Shown piece by piece: positions 45,966-58,987 of a stretch of DNA of 64,000 nt. The first letter of the stretch is position 1. Each line of letters begins with the position of its first letter. The DNA is from Hypanus sabinus (taxonomy: Eukaryota), in assembly GCF_030144855.1 (NCBI RefSeq), contig NC_082707.1, positions 196,664,001 to 196,728,000 of the forward strand, read 5' to 3'. The translations under genes were made by a program, and so were the position numbers. Below the pieces are notes generated by a model. It ran no database searches and was not told where the DNA came from. It saw only the letters and a program-made list of their open reading frames with translations.

Positions 45966-48900
45966 CAAATACTGCAATTCAACAACTGGGGCTGAAGTGA
46001 TTTTGTTTTTGGAGTCTAAGCAACATAGGTGAGAGTTTTGTAAATTAACTCCACCACTGCTCCATCTGTTGTGGACCTGCTGTTAGGATTGTGGCTTTTA
46101 TGCCATCAGAGTAAAGAGGTGACTTTCTGTGAGCAGCTAAATATGAGGGCACAGTTCATTTCCTTTCAGTAGGTACAGCTAAAGGTTTTAGTGAGATCAA
46201 AATGGCCATGGTAAGCTGCTCCTCCATGTACTTGCATTGAAGTTGCAGTATGGTATATATACATCACGTCCTTGGCTCTCGATTAAAATTTAGGGAGCAG
46301 TTGAGGAGGACCTGGTGATGACTTCCCTCACAGCAGGCAGTGAGAAAGTCTCTCTGTAGTTATCATAGATGAATTGGTTGTTCTTGAAGACGACCATGAT
46401 TTTAGGATCTCTGGTATTGCCACTTTCCAGATGTGGACAATGGGATTATACATTCATGACTGAAGGTCTTCACAACCTGATTGTAATTTTCAGCAGAGAT
46501 ATCACATACTTCTAAAACTTTGTTGTTTTATGACTTGGCACATGTCTTTTTGACACATTGGTCAGAACTGACTGCAAAACTGAGTGGTAGCATCATTGGG
46601 ATGCCTGGACTACAGCATTTTCTGTTGGTGCTAACACTTTTGGGCTAGGTTGGTGAAAATGCAACATATTATCATCAGAATTGTTATGGCACAAGTGACA
46701 CTAACAGCATTGTGGTCTTTTACTGAGGCAATGATATAACCTTACAGATACCAATGTCCGGAGCGTTGACACGATGGCACCTTATGTTACCATATTAGAT
46801 TTTTATGATGGCCGTGGTAAGATGGCAGCATGTTTGATCATTGCAACTTCTACAGGGTCAAAGTATTGTCTTTTTAAAATGTTATTTTTTACGAGTGCAA
46901 GACCCTGCTGGATATTAAGAACTTAAAGTACTACAGGTCTGCACCATCAGTGAGGTGCTCGTTGGCAGAAAAACGGATTCCATTAGATTGCCCACTGCCT
47001 TTGCACAGACTCCTCTGACACAGGCAGCAGTGTGACCTTTAAACAAAATTTTGGAAATATGGGGTTCAGTCATACAAACTACATATTTAAAAGAATAGTG
47101 CAGATACTGCAGTTCAACAACTGAGATGAATTTTCTCCCCATAATGCATAAATTTCCTCCAGGTGCTCCAGTTTTCTCCCACATTCCAAGGTGTACTTGA
47201 ACTTCATCCGCTTCTGATTGAGCCATGTTAGAGATAACAATTATTTTGTTCTTCTTTACACTTGTGTACTGGAAATAGCATGGAACAATTTTGAATTTTG
47301 AAAACATTCCTATACATGAAGGTGGGGATGTGGCTGGGAAAAACATACCACACAAAAATTGCCGGTGTAGTTAAATTGATCTTTGACATCTCTCTTACCC
47401 ATTCCTAAAACCTTCTTAAACCCTTAAATAATCCAAACACAAAAAAGGTCTGAATTTTTGCCTCAAGTTTCATTAATTTTTTAAGATCGTGCAATTGCTT
47501 GAGTCCCACCTGAACTCTAAAAGCAATTCCATCAAATGCCCTGTGTATTTACTTACACAATCATAAATAGATTATCCCTCATGTATTAAGTGAAATTTCT
47601 TATTTTGCAGCAGTACAATGCAAAAAATACAAAATTTTAAAAAGAAACTACAAAATAAAAAATTCCAGGAATAATGAAGTAGCAATTAGAAATAATTTGG
47701 AAATCTGATGGCAGAGGGGAAGAAGCTGTTTTCAATTGAGTGTGGCTCTTCAGGTTTCTTTACATATTTATAATGGTAGCGATATCTTGGATGCTATGGG
47801 TCCTTAATGATGGACGCTGCTTTCTTGAGGCACCACTTCAATATCACGATGGGGAAAGCTGTAGTCACGATAGAGCTGGCTCTGTCAACAACCCTCCGTA
47901 GCCTCTTGTGATCCTGTGCATTGCAGCCTCCGAACCAGGCTGTAATGCAACCATAGAATGCAACTGTAGAAACCTGCAGGTGACACATCAAATACAGGAA
48001 TTGGTTTATTATTGTCACGTGGGCCAAGATGCAGGGCCTGGCACACAGAACAAATCATTACAGAGTACATTGAGCCAGAAGGTAAAACAATAACAATGCA
48101 GAATAAAGTGTAAAAACTATGAAAAAAAAATGCAATGTAGATAAATGATGAAGTACAAAATCATAATGACATATAGAGATTGTGAGGCGAAGAGTCCATC
48201 TTATCGTACAAGAGGTCTATTTCAGAATCTGATAACAGAGGGATAAAAGCTTTTCTTCAGGCTTTCGTATCTTCTGCCCAAAAGGAGAGTGGGGTCTTTG
48301 ATTAAGCTGGCTGCCGTACTGAGGTAGTAAGAAGAGAGGCCGTGATGTGCTGAGCTGTGTCCATAACTCTCTCTGCAGTGTTCTTGCAGTCATTTGCATA
48401 CAGGACAGTTGCCATACCAGGCACTTATGCATTCAGAATGTTTTTATGGTGTTTTGATAAATTGGTAAGTATCAACAGGAGCATGTCAAATTTCTTTGGC
48501 TTCCTGAGGAAGTAGAGGCATTGGAAGTTGCACAGAAGGATCTCCTCAAACTCCTAATTAAGTAAAACTGTTGGAGTGCCTCTAACATGATTGCATCGGT
48601 GTATTGGGCCCATGACAGATCCTCTGAAAAGTTGACGTTAGGAATTTGAAGCTAAGCACCCTTTCAATGAGGACTGGCATGGGCTCTCCTGAAGGAGATA
48701 CACAGCTAATCTGGATGGAGATTGAATTGACAATTCCCTTTACAATTTGAAGCTTTACCCAGTTGCTTGTTGTGCATAGCTCTTGTCATTATGAAATAAG
48801 CCAAATAATATAGTCATGAACTTCTAATCACACATATTTCTCAAAAACTGAAAATATGCCCATTCATAATAGTGCCCCAGAGGCTTTGCATTGTTAGAGG

Positions 48901-51568
48901 TTTACATGAGCTATGACACTAAAAAAAACAGCTTGTCTGTCCAAGAAAATATCAAAGATTCTGTAAACTCTTCCAATGGTCTACCAATGCTTGGATCTGA
49001 AAGTTGACCTTCAAATAGATGTCATCAGATTGGTTGAGGTTTTAATGAATTTTGTTTTATTTTAATTGCACACTTCCAGCATGTACAGTTTCTTTCTTTC
49101 ATTTTTTGAAAGCAAATTAAAATTTGGTAATTGCGACCATTGGTAGCTCCAACATTATTGAAATTGACTTAAAAATGTGTCAAGGTCAACCAGTCAAAAA
49201 AGCGTCCCTCCAAACCTAGCACCTGTCCCAAATTGTCTTATGAAATGAGAAATAAATACAGCTTCAATGCAAGATGAGCTTCAACAACTTTTGAGTGTAG
49301 AGAATTCTCATTTCAGTCCTTCTTATGTAGTCCATAAGTCCCCAAGATATAGACTCCATAATTAGTGGGGGGGGGGGGGGGGGAATCATCCTTCATTTTT
49401 CTAGTCAAGTTCTTTTTTAAAAATTCTGCATTCTGATAGAGTAGTCTTTATTCTTCTAAATGCTACAGAATAGTACGGAAATTACAGCGTGATGAACAGG
49501 AGGGCTCTACAATGGATAGTCAAAAATGCTCAACACGTCACTAGCACCAGCCCCTTCCACCAAAAAACCATTTACAAAAAGGTGCCAGGAAAAGGTCAGC
49601 AAAATAATGAAGGATTCCACCCACCCTGCTCATGGACTGTTTATCCCATTACCATCAGGTAGGTTACATACCAACCCCGCCAGCATCACCAGACTTAAAA
49701 ACAGTTACTTTCCCCAAGCAGTTAGGCTGATCAACATATCGATCACTGACCTACCCCATCACCATGACTTCATTTCTTGTCTGCACCTTATGTACAGAAA
49801 CTCCTGTGCCTCGCATCACATTAAGGACATACAATCAATGTATACTAGCTATTTTATGTATTTATATTTCTGGTAATTGTTAAAATATTGTATTATTTAT
49901 CCTGTGTATTTGTGTGCTGCATTAGATCTAGAGTAACAATTATTTCATTCTCCTTTACACTTGTGTACTGGAAATGACATTAAAAAATCTTGAATAGAGG
50001 TCAAACAAAATCACTCCATATATGACAAACCTATCAGAGCATCTAGTCCAGCCTTTCACTTTATAACAAGTCTTCCCTTTTGGAGCAAGGAAACCAAAAT
50101 TATACACAAAATAAAAATAAACCACATCCTGACCAGTTTACTTCAGATTTCCAAGCCTGTGTAGTCTTTTTTTATATTTCACATCATACTCTCGATATGG
50201 CATCCATACTCTTGCAATCAAGACTAACATTTCCGTTCCTAAGAATTACACATGCATGTCAGATTTCATTAACCTGTGTATGCAGACACCTGGCTTCCTT
50301 TGAATAAGCACTTCACAATCTCACATTTTAAAATACTCAGTATTTTTATTCCAGAAAAGTGGATAAGCTCAAATTTTCCCATGCTGCTTCACACCTGCAA
50401 CATTGCCCTTCAGTCAGCTCATCAGTATTCCTTTGAAGTCTCTGCATTCTCAATAGCACACACATTATCCAATTTTGTTTTACCAACAAATACTGAATTA
50501 TTACATTTGCTGCCCTCAGCCAAAGTGTTAATACAAGAACTCATCCCTGCTGTTACAACTTACAACCTGTTTATTACTACTCTGATATTATTCTAGTATG
50601 GACCAATTCTTGATCCAGACTAGAATATCTATAATTTACGTGCTGTATTCTGGATATTATCAAATACTTTTTTTCTTCTCCCTTTCTGAAATACTGGGAT
50701 CACATTTTCTACCTTCCAACTTGAGTAAACCTTTACAGAATGTAAAGAATTCTGCAAGATAACAGAGTAACCACTGTCTTTATAGTCACTAATTAAACAC
50801 TCTGGAATTCAAATTATCAGCATCCTAGGACATCAGCTTTTTTCTTTAAAATTGAGAGACTTCTTTGTGCCTTCTTTCATGAAGGTCAACACAAAGTAGT
50901 CACTTAATTACTTCACAATTTCCACATCAAATGTAAAAGTTTAAAGATTGCTCATAGTATAAATCTGAAATATAACCATGCTGGATACACTCAGTAGGTC
51001 AGACTTTTCTATGGAAAGAGTTAATATTTCAGATCAAATACTTTTTTATTAAAACTCTCTCATCCATAACAGACTGATTTTTTTGCATTAAGACAGTCTC
51101 AATATTTTTGTTCCTTGCTAGCTTACTCTTATATTTTATAATATGGAATACTTTGTTTTATCAACTTGCTAGACATCTTTTGCAGAATTCTAAGTCATTT
51201 CCAATCCTCAGATTACAATGCTTCATCTTGTATTTAATACCCTTTAATTTATAGTGATACAATACACGAATAGGCCCTTCTGCCCAACTAGTCCATGCTA
51301 AGCAATATCCCTATCCAAGCTAGTTCTATTTAACAGTACTTTCATCCATCTCCCTACCTCACCACTTCCTTTAGCAACTCATTCCACATACATATTAACC
51401 TATGTAAGTCCCTCAAGTTCCATTAAATCTTTTCCACTACCTTATATCTATACCCTCTATTCCTAATTTCCCTACCCATGGAAAACGGTTTAATCTTGAT
51501 CATTTTTGTACTATTTTCTCCCAGCGATTTTGTGCCTCAAAGGAAACACAATATTATAAATTGTTCAA

Positions 51569-51756
51569 AGGCAACACGAGTGAATCTGCAGATGCTGGAA
51601 ATAAATAAAAAACACAAAATACTGGCAGAACTCAGCAGGCCAGATAGCGTCTATGGGAGGAGGTAATAACGACGTTTCGGCCCTAACCGTCGTTATTACC
51701 TCCTCCCATAGATGCTATCTGGCCTGCTGAGTTCTGCCAGCATTTTGTGTTTTTTA
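51569..51756. mobile_element. Short Penelope-derived hairpin element
   Basis: 68-bp inverted arms (51607-51674 / 51688-51755). 16-bp flanking duplication ATTATAAATTGTTCAA (51553-51568 / 51757-51772). Confidence 0.9.
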
Positions 51757-52129
51757 ATTATAAATTGTTCAATCACTTTTTAGATGTTAGCAATTGCCTG
51801 TCCAACGACATACTTCACCAATCTACAACAGCCAAGTCTGCACCTCTTACCTCTGTAACAATATGCTAGAGCAGCATCTGTGGATGCTACTCTAGCATAT
51901 TAACGTATAGAAAGGAGCTGTTGACGTTTCGAGTCGAAACCCTGCATCCAGATTTCAACATTAGCAGTCTCTGTTGTCTCATACCTTAGAAGTTTTCTTT
52001 GTTTAGACTGAAAACCCTGGCTTTAGAAACATAACACCCACTCGCAAACTAATTCAACAAGTAGGCGAGAAAACACGATGCACGCACATGGTATTTAGTT
52101 AAACTGAGAAAGGTTTCCTCTCCCTCTCC

Positions 52130-52730
52130 CAAAGGGCCCGGTGGAGGCCAAGCTCCCGAGGCCCCGGCAGTATCGGCGCCCTTTACCTGAGACAGCGCTG
52201 AGGCACGGCCTCCACTTCACCAGGCTCGGCCTGCACAAACACAGCTCCCCAATCAATTCCTTAAAGTCTGCGGGGCAATTCAGACACCGTAGGCGAAAAC
52301 AACCGACGAATGTAGCGGATCGAACGACCAAACTACCGATACTTTCACTCCGGCTGACTAACTTCCCCAACGAGTCAAACAGGGCGCCGCCATTTTGAAT
52401 AAACCACCCCCACGCAGACAACCTCCCGACCACGCACGCGCGCACGGAGGCAACGACAGTTCCGTCTGTGACATCACACAACTGACAAGCCGCTTCGGCC
52501 TATCGCGCATCCACTTTCAGCAACGACAGTCGTCATCACACCAACTCGCTGCGATCCACCAGCTTTCAAAGGGAAGGGGTTGGGGAACATGGGGGAGAGG
52601 CGGGGCTCTATGATGACGTTAAAGTTGACCATTCAAATTGGACAGACGGTCGGGAGTATGATTGACGGCTACCCCCAACCAATGGAAATAAGGAGGATGA
52701 AGGCGCTGTACGGATAGCAGGCGGGACTTG
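52130..52730. promoter_or_regulatory. CpG-rich promoter of CCNK (possibly bidirectional)
   Basis: Only non-TE CpG-dense stretch in the window. YY1 GCCGCCATTTTG 52386-52397, GC box GAGGCGGGGC 52597-52606, CRE half-site TGACGT 52614-52619, ATTGG 52637-52641 and CCAAT 52679-52683. Confidence 0.8.
52187..52450 (-). other. CCNK: Probable non-coding exon 1 of CCNK (5' boundary approximate)
   Basis: CpG-rich segment ending at donor TCTCAG|GTAAAG (52187/52186). YY1-type AAAATGGCGGC motif in the transcribed orientation. Confidence 0.55.
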
Positions 52731-54024
52731 GGTAACTATCAAGTTAGGCTGAGGAACAGCACTAAAGGTTGACTTGCTGGGCTGTTTTTCCATTCTTATT
52801 GCAGAATCATCAAGAGCTGCGGTTTGTAGGTTATTTCAGATTTTTCTTCATTAAGCATTGCTTCGTTGTGAGTATTTTCTGCCTGTGTGGAGTGCGCCCA
52901 GTTCTCAGTGCGTACTGTTCTTATATATGGGCATAAGGTGGTAGAGCATGAGTGAGTGATGGGGCAGGGCCTGCAGAGCTCTTTCTGTGAGCCTTAACCC
53001 TTTCTTTGGTGTGCGACTGGAATAGTTTAAACTGAGAGTTGATTCAAATACCGAAACAAGATCTGGAGCAAAACGGGTTTAATCATGGCCAGACCTGATA
53101 TTGGCATTTCTTAGTGAATACTTAAGAAAATCTTCATCGTTTAATCGTTTTGAAAGTAGGTAGTCAAATCAGGCTATGAATGGGTTGTGTCACTCAAGTG
53201 TTCTGCACGCATGGGGAAGCAGAAAGTTGCAGATGAATTTAATATATTGCCTTGTTATCCCAGACTGGTTCATATTTAATGAACCTCTACTGAACTGCAG
53301 GTAAATAAGAATAGTAAATTTACACTACAAGTCGTTATTGAAAGTAATTTGCTTTCGTTGGTATTAATTTGAAAAGACATCTGTAAATGTTCATTGGTTT
53401 TGAAGTTACTGTATAATTTTATGATGCTGGCAACAGTACAACACTGTCTTTCTGCAGTGACTAAGTGACTTTTTAGTTAGTATACGTCGTAGGTATGACA
53501 TTTAAAATGTCTGAGCATCTTTCATTGCCATAAAGGGCATTTATGGCTGTATGCATTCTTGATGCCAGTATATGTATATGTGCACTTGCAATTTTTAATT
53601 CTAGTGCTTGGAATGATCTAAACACATCTACATGCTTAGATTTTTCTTCTGCAAAACTTTCCAACGTTGTTGCTCATAACTAATTTTGGAATCTCAAATG
53701 ATTCGGTGCTGTTTTTTTGCAACTTGGTGACCTATTGCATCGATATTGGCTTTTCACTTTGTTGATTTCTTATTGATGACTTTTCGTTGACAGCTGAAAC
53801 CTTCCAAAGGTGGAAATCTGAAATAACGACGGAAATGCTTGAGACAATTGTTAGCTTAGATATAGATATATATAGAGAGAAATAGAGAATATAAAGTAAA
53901 TGCATTAGGTCACTGGTCCATCAGAACATCATACTAGCATTATAGAGAAAATGTTACCAGAGCCAGAGGTATTCTGGTTAGAGTTTTTAAAATGCATGTA
54001 GTTAAGTAGGTAAGACGTCAAGAA

Positions 54025-55010
54025 TCGGTCTAGGTAACCTCCAACCTAGTGGGATGAATTTCCTCCTTCCCTTTCTCCTATAGTCCACTGTCCTTTCCTA
54101 TCAGATTCTTACTTCTCCAGACCTTGACCTTTTTACCCACCTGGCTTCACCTATCACCTTCCAGCTATCGTCCTTCCCTGCTCCCCACCTTTTTATTCCT
54201 TCCTTTCCAGTCCTGAAGAAGGGTCTTGGTCCGAAACATTGATAGATTATTCATTTCCATAAATGCTGCTAAGTTCCTCCAGTGTTCTGTGTGTGTTGCT
54301 TAAAAATAAGATTTGCTTGGTTTTGGTGATGTATCGAGGTGGTCTGTTCTTCAGATAGATGATGGGGAAGTTCTGCAAGTGCAATGTTTTAATTTCATGC
54401 CCAAATGATCTTAATTGCTTATAAAGAAACTAAAAATCTGTTGCTGCAAAATCAAGATGTTAAAAGTCATGAACTCTCTGGGTGTTCGATACTGTTCTCA
54501 CTCATGACCAATCCTCATGTTGTGCTGGAATCTTCTGACTGGGAGGTGATGTGGTTTGACAAACTGGCCCTTCCTTACCTTGAGTGTCACTTCTCAGTCA
54601 CCTCCTCATCTCCCACTGGGTCGTGACACCCCAGGCCACAGTCTCCCAAAAAGTCATAATACTCATTTCCATAGGAGATTGTCTTCCACCAGCCGACTAT
54701 CATAATATCTGAATTGTTTGTATCCATCTTCTAATCGCTTGCCAAAGTTTAAAAGCGGAAGTATTCCAGCAAATCCACTGTTTTAGCTTGTTCTTACCTC
54801 AAAGAATAGGTTTTTTCCTACCTTGAGTTTCTGTTTTTCTTTCATTATGCAGACCCTTCCTACTGGTATCCATGATACCTCTGATTCCTTCCACCACTTT
54901 GACTATTTCCAGTTTCCTGGTTCCTTCCAGCTTATCTTCACCATGGTTGTTTATACCTCCAGACACACCATGATGGTTTGAAGAACTTCTCCTTAGACAG
55001 AAGCCCACCA
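54025..55010 (+). mobile_element. Decayed Penelope-like fragments (pLTR 54025-54300, RT remnant about 54630-55010)
   Basis: ggtaacctccaacct…cctgaagaagggtcttggtccgaaac pattern as in the other PLE copies. Confidence 0.6.
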
Positions 55011-57231
55011 TGTCTTCACTTGGTCCCTGCATTAGATTCGGGTCTATTTTAGTTCAAAGTAAATTTTATTATCAAAGTTGTTCCAATGAAGGACCATTGA
55101 CTTAAGGCATTAACTTTATTCTTTTTTTTCTCTCTCTCTATCTATATTTTTATATCTCACATTTCATCAATGTCACAATATGTCACCCTGGGATTCATTT
55201 TCTTGTGAGCAGACTCAGCAAATCTATATAATAGTAACTGTAACAGGATCAATGAAAGATCAACCAGAGTGCAAAAGGCAACCAACTGTGCAAATGCAAA
55301 ATATAAACAAATAGCAATAAATAATGAAAGCAAGAGATGATGAGATAAAGGTCCTTAAAGTGGTTGTCTGAGCACATCAATGATGGGGCGAGTGAAGTTA
55401 TCCCCTTTTGTTCAAGAGCCTGATGGTTGAGTGGTAGTAACTGTTCCTGAACCTGGTGGTGTGAGTCCTGAAGCTCGTGTACTTTCAACCTGATGGCAGC
55501 AGCGAGATGAGAGCATGACATGGGGAGTGATGATCTCTGAGGGATGCTGCTTTCCTCTGACAGTTTTACCCATGTACATTGAAACATGTAATAAAATGAG
55601 TCATTTTGTTAAACAACCAGTACACTCAAGATGTGCTGGGGGCACTTCCTCGGCTGCGCTGGTTGTTAGTGCAAACGATGCAAGTATCACCACACATTTC
55701 ACTGCCTTTGATGCTAACACCTTCTTAAATTCTACCTGTTTTCTCTAAGTCTGAAGGAACTTGCATGCTTGGCTGTTTGTTGTACACACAGCATGATGCT
55801 ACTAAGGCCTCTCTGCTTGCTATTGATGAATGAATTGGTGCTGCTTCCTGCACTTGTAGAGAATTTTAAAAGTAGTTTTACCTTTGCTACCAGCTTCCAC
55901 CCTGCTGTCATTTACTTTTGATCCATTTGACTCTTTTACTTGACATCTATCTCTGTTTTGAAGAATAGGTGCAAAGTCTTAGATGGAAGAAGGCTTTTCT
56001 GACTGACACTTGGAGAGGGATTAGTGTTCAGTCCAGATTTTTTTGTAAACTGCTTGCTGAAGTGGGAATTCAGCTCATAACCCTCTGATTCAAAGGTTAA
56101 AATGCCACCAGCTGAAGCACCACTGACGAGGCAAATGCAGTCTTGTTGATATTAGTCAGACCTTTCATTTTGCTATTAATTACATGAGCAATTTCTTTTC
56201 TAACTCTAGTATACAACAGATCTCGCAGGTTTTGGAGCAAAAAGAAACTGGGGCACTTTGCAGTTTGGGCATTATAAATTAATCCATTTTGACATTGAAG
56301 TGGGTTAAGATTTGGTTACAAAATCAAAAACATAATATGCAGTATTTGATAAGAATCATAGCTTGGATAAGAGATGGGAGAGACCACGGACTGTAAATGA
56401 GTATAGATTTGACGTTCAGGAGGAATGGCTCCATCAACACAAATTAAGTGATTGGGTTACTGAGAAGTTTAAAAACCAGTTTGATGGAGCAAGAAGGAAT
56501 AGCTGGGGAAAGACTGAATTCAAGTAAAAGGGATTAAGATTTATGTGCGTTAATCCTGCATTCCAAATACATTTTCACTTCCTAATATTGGTGACGTTTC
56601 TCTTTTTTTAACAAATTTTATCTTTAGTATGTCTATGTACAAGATGTACACAAATTATGACTGTACAAGACCATAAGATATACAGTAGGAGGAGAATTAG
56701 GCCATTTGACCCATCAATTCTGCTCTGCCATTTCATTGTGGGTGATCCATTTTCCTCTCAGCGTGAATCCCTTGCCTTCTCCCCGTAACCCTTCATGCCC
56801 TGACTAATTAAATGTCTATCAACCTCGGCAATAAATATACCCAATGGCTTGGCCTCCACATGTTTTATTAGGGTACAATGTGGAACAGACCCCTCCAGCC
56901 CAATAAGCCACAGCCCGGCTATTTAACCTAGTCTATTTATAAGACAATTTACTAGTAAATCTACTAACTGGTACATCTTTGGACTGTGGTAGGAAACTGG
57001 AACACCTGGAGGAAACCCATCTTCTCATGGGAAGAACATATGGATGGCACAGGAGTTGAACTCTGAACCTTTGATGCCCCAAACTGTAATAGTGTCACAC
57101 AATCACAATGTTACGGTAGCACCCCAATGTTCCTGTTATTGTTTTTCAAAATGCTCCACAGTACTTCCCAAAGGGAAGTTTTCTATAAGGACATAAATAA
57201 TAAAAAGGTTGCACCAGTAAGGAAGGAGCTT

Positions 57232-57582
57232 ATTAGGGACAGGATGGTGGGGTGTAAGATGCTCCATCCCTCCACTAGCCTGCAGGTCACCTTTGAGCAA
57301 GCTGGAGCAACTGCTTAGCCACCAGATCAGGGTCACGTGAAGCCATGGGAGCTGCTGGTGGATGGTCGTATGAATAGTTGGTGCATATCACAAGACCTGG
57401 TTATGTAACCACTGATGCTAGGCAGACAGTCTCTGAAGAGTATTGACGGGGGTCACCCGTCTTGTAAAGACACTGCCCAGAAGAAGGCAATGGCAAACCA
57501 CTTATGTAGAAATATTTGCCAAGAACAATCGTCATGGAGAGACCACGGCTGCCCACAACATAGGACACGGCACATGATAATG
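57232..57582 (+). mobile_element. SINE-like repeat with RTE-type 3' tail
   Basis: gaaggcaatggcaaaccac…acggcacatgataatga tail typical of RTE-mobilised elements. Confidence 0.5.
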
Positions 57583-57879
57583 AAAGCTGACTAGCTCTTC
57601 AAGAATGCTTACAGAATTTTTGCATCTGTTTCTTATAAGGAAGAAGATACTGCTACAGTCATAATAAGCAAAGGTAATTGAGATGTAAGGTGGCTAAAAA
57701 ATTACGAAAAGTAGATATAGTACTATATAAAAGTCTTAGAAACGAAAAAAAATCTCTAAAGCAAAGATGCTTAAAAAAATAGTGAAATGGAAAGCTTCTA
57801 AATATGAAAAGATTACTATAAAGAGCAGTAAACAGCAGGCAGATAAATCATGTCAATATTTGGAATGACAGCTATACAC

Positions 57880-58428
57880 ACCAGCTGTGTTGTGAAAAAG
57901 GCTCAACAGCACCTCTTTCACCTCAGACGGTTGAGGAAATTTGATATGGGCGCCCAAATTCTAAGAAATTGAGAGCATCCTGATTGGCTGCATCACTGCC
58001 TGGTATGGGAATTGTACCTCCCTCAATCGCAGGATTCTGCAGAGTGGTGCAGACATCTATAGCCCAGCACATCTATAGTTGTGAACTTCCCATGATTCAG
58101 GACATTTACAAGGATAGCTGTGTAAAAAGGGCCCATAGGATCATTGGGGACCCAAGTCATCCCAACCGCAATCTATTCCAGCTGCTACCATCCAGGAAGC
58201 GGTACCACAGCTTAAAAGCCTGGACCACCAGGTTCCAGGACAGCTTCATCCATCAGGCCATCAGACTGATGAACTCCCGCTGATTTGAGTGTACTCTATA
58301 TTACATTGTTCTATTTATTATAAATTACTATAATTAATTAGACATAACACATTTAGATGGTGACGTAACAGCGATTTTTTTTTACTCTTCATGTACGTGA
58401 AGGATGTGAGAAATAAAGTCAATTCAAT
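57880..58428 (+). mobile_element. Rex1/Babar 3' fragment
   Basis: Close match to 40790-41330. Confidence 0.85.
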
Positions 58429-58429
58429 T

Positions 58430-58696
58430 TTTCCTTTAAAATTGCATCAATTCTCTGAGGTATCATGTTATGCAGTTTTAGAAGAAGGTTGGCTGGTAGG
58501 TTGATCCTAGTATTTTGGAGAATTTGCCACGGGTCTTCTACAGACTTTGGCTGCCTTGCTTGCTTCTGTCTCTCTGCGTAGTCCCAGACAGCCTCAACGA
58601 TGTTGAGATTGGGGCTCTGTGGAGGCCATAACATCTGAAACCAAATATTAAAAAAATCTAAGGGGGGGGTGGTGCCTAAGATTCTGTACAGTACTT
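58430..58696 (-). mobile_element. Tc1-like transposase fragment
   Basis: WPPQSPNLNIVEAVWD (the WPxxSPDLNPIE motif) next to a TIR remnant. Confidence 0.8.
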
Positions 58697-58987
58697 TGTG
58701 TGATTTCTGGTTAACATCAGCAAGATTATAGTACAACCCTTTGCATGCCAGCTGTGCTTCTGTTAATTGTTCTTTCACCTTTGAATCGGAAGATTGTTGG
58801 TTGGATTCCTATTCCAGAGAGCTGAGCATAATGACCTAGACTCCCATTTGAAGAGGGGATGGTGTACTGTCAGAGGTGCCTGCTTCCAGTGAGACTTCTA
58901 ATCATAGTTCTGTCCAGTCTCTCCAGTGTGTATTAACAAATCTCATTCCATTTTCGCAGAAGATTGAGGGCATTATTCCTTCTAATG

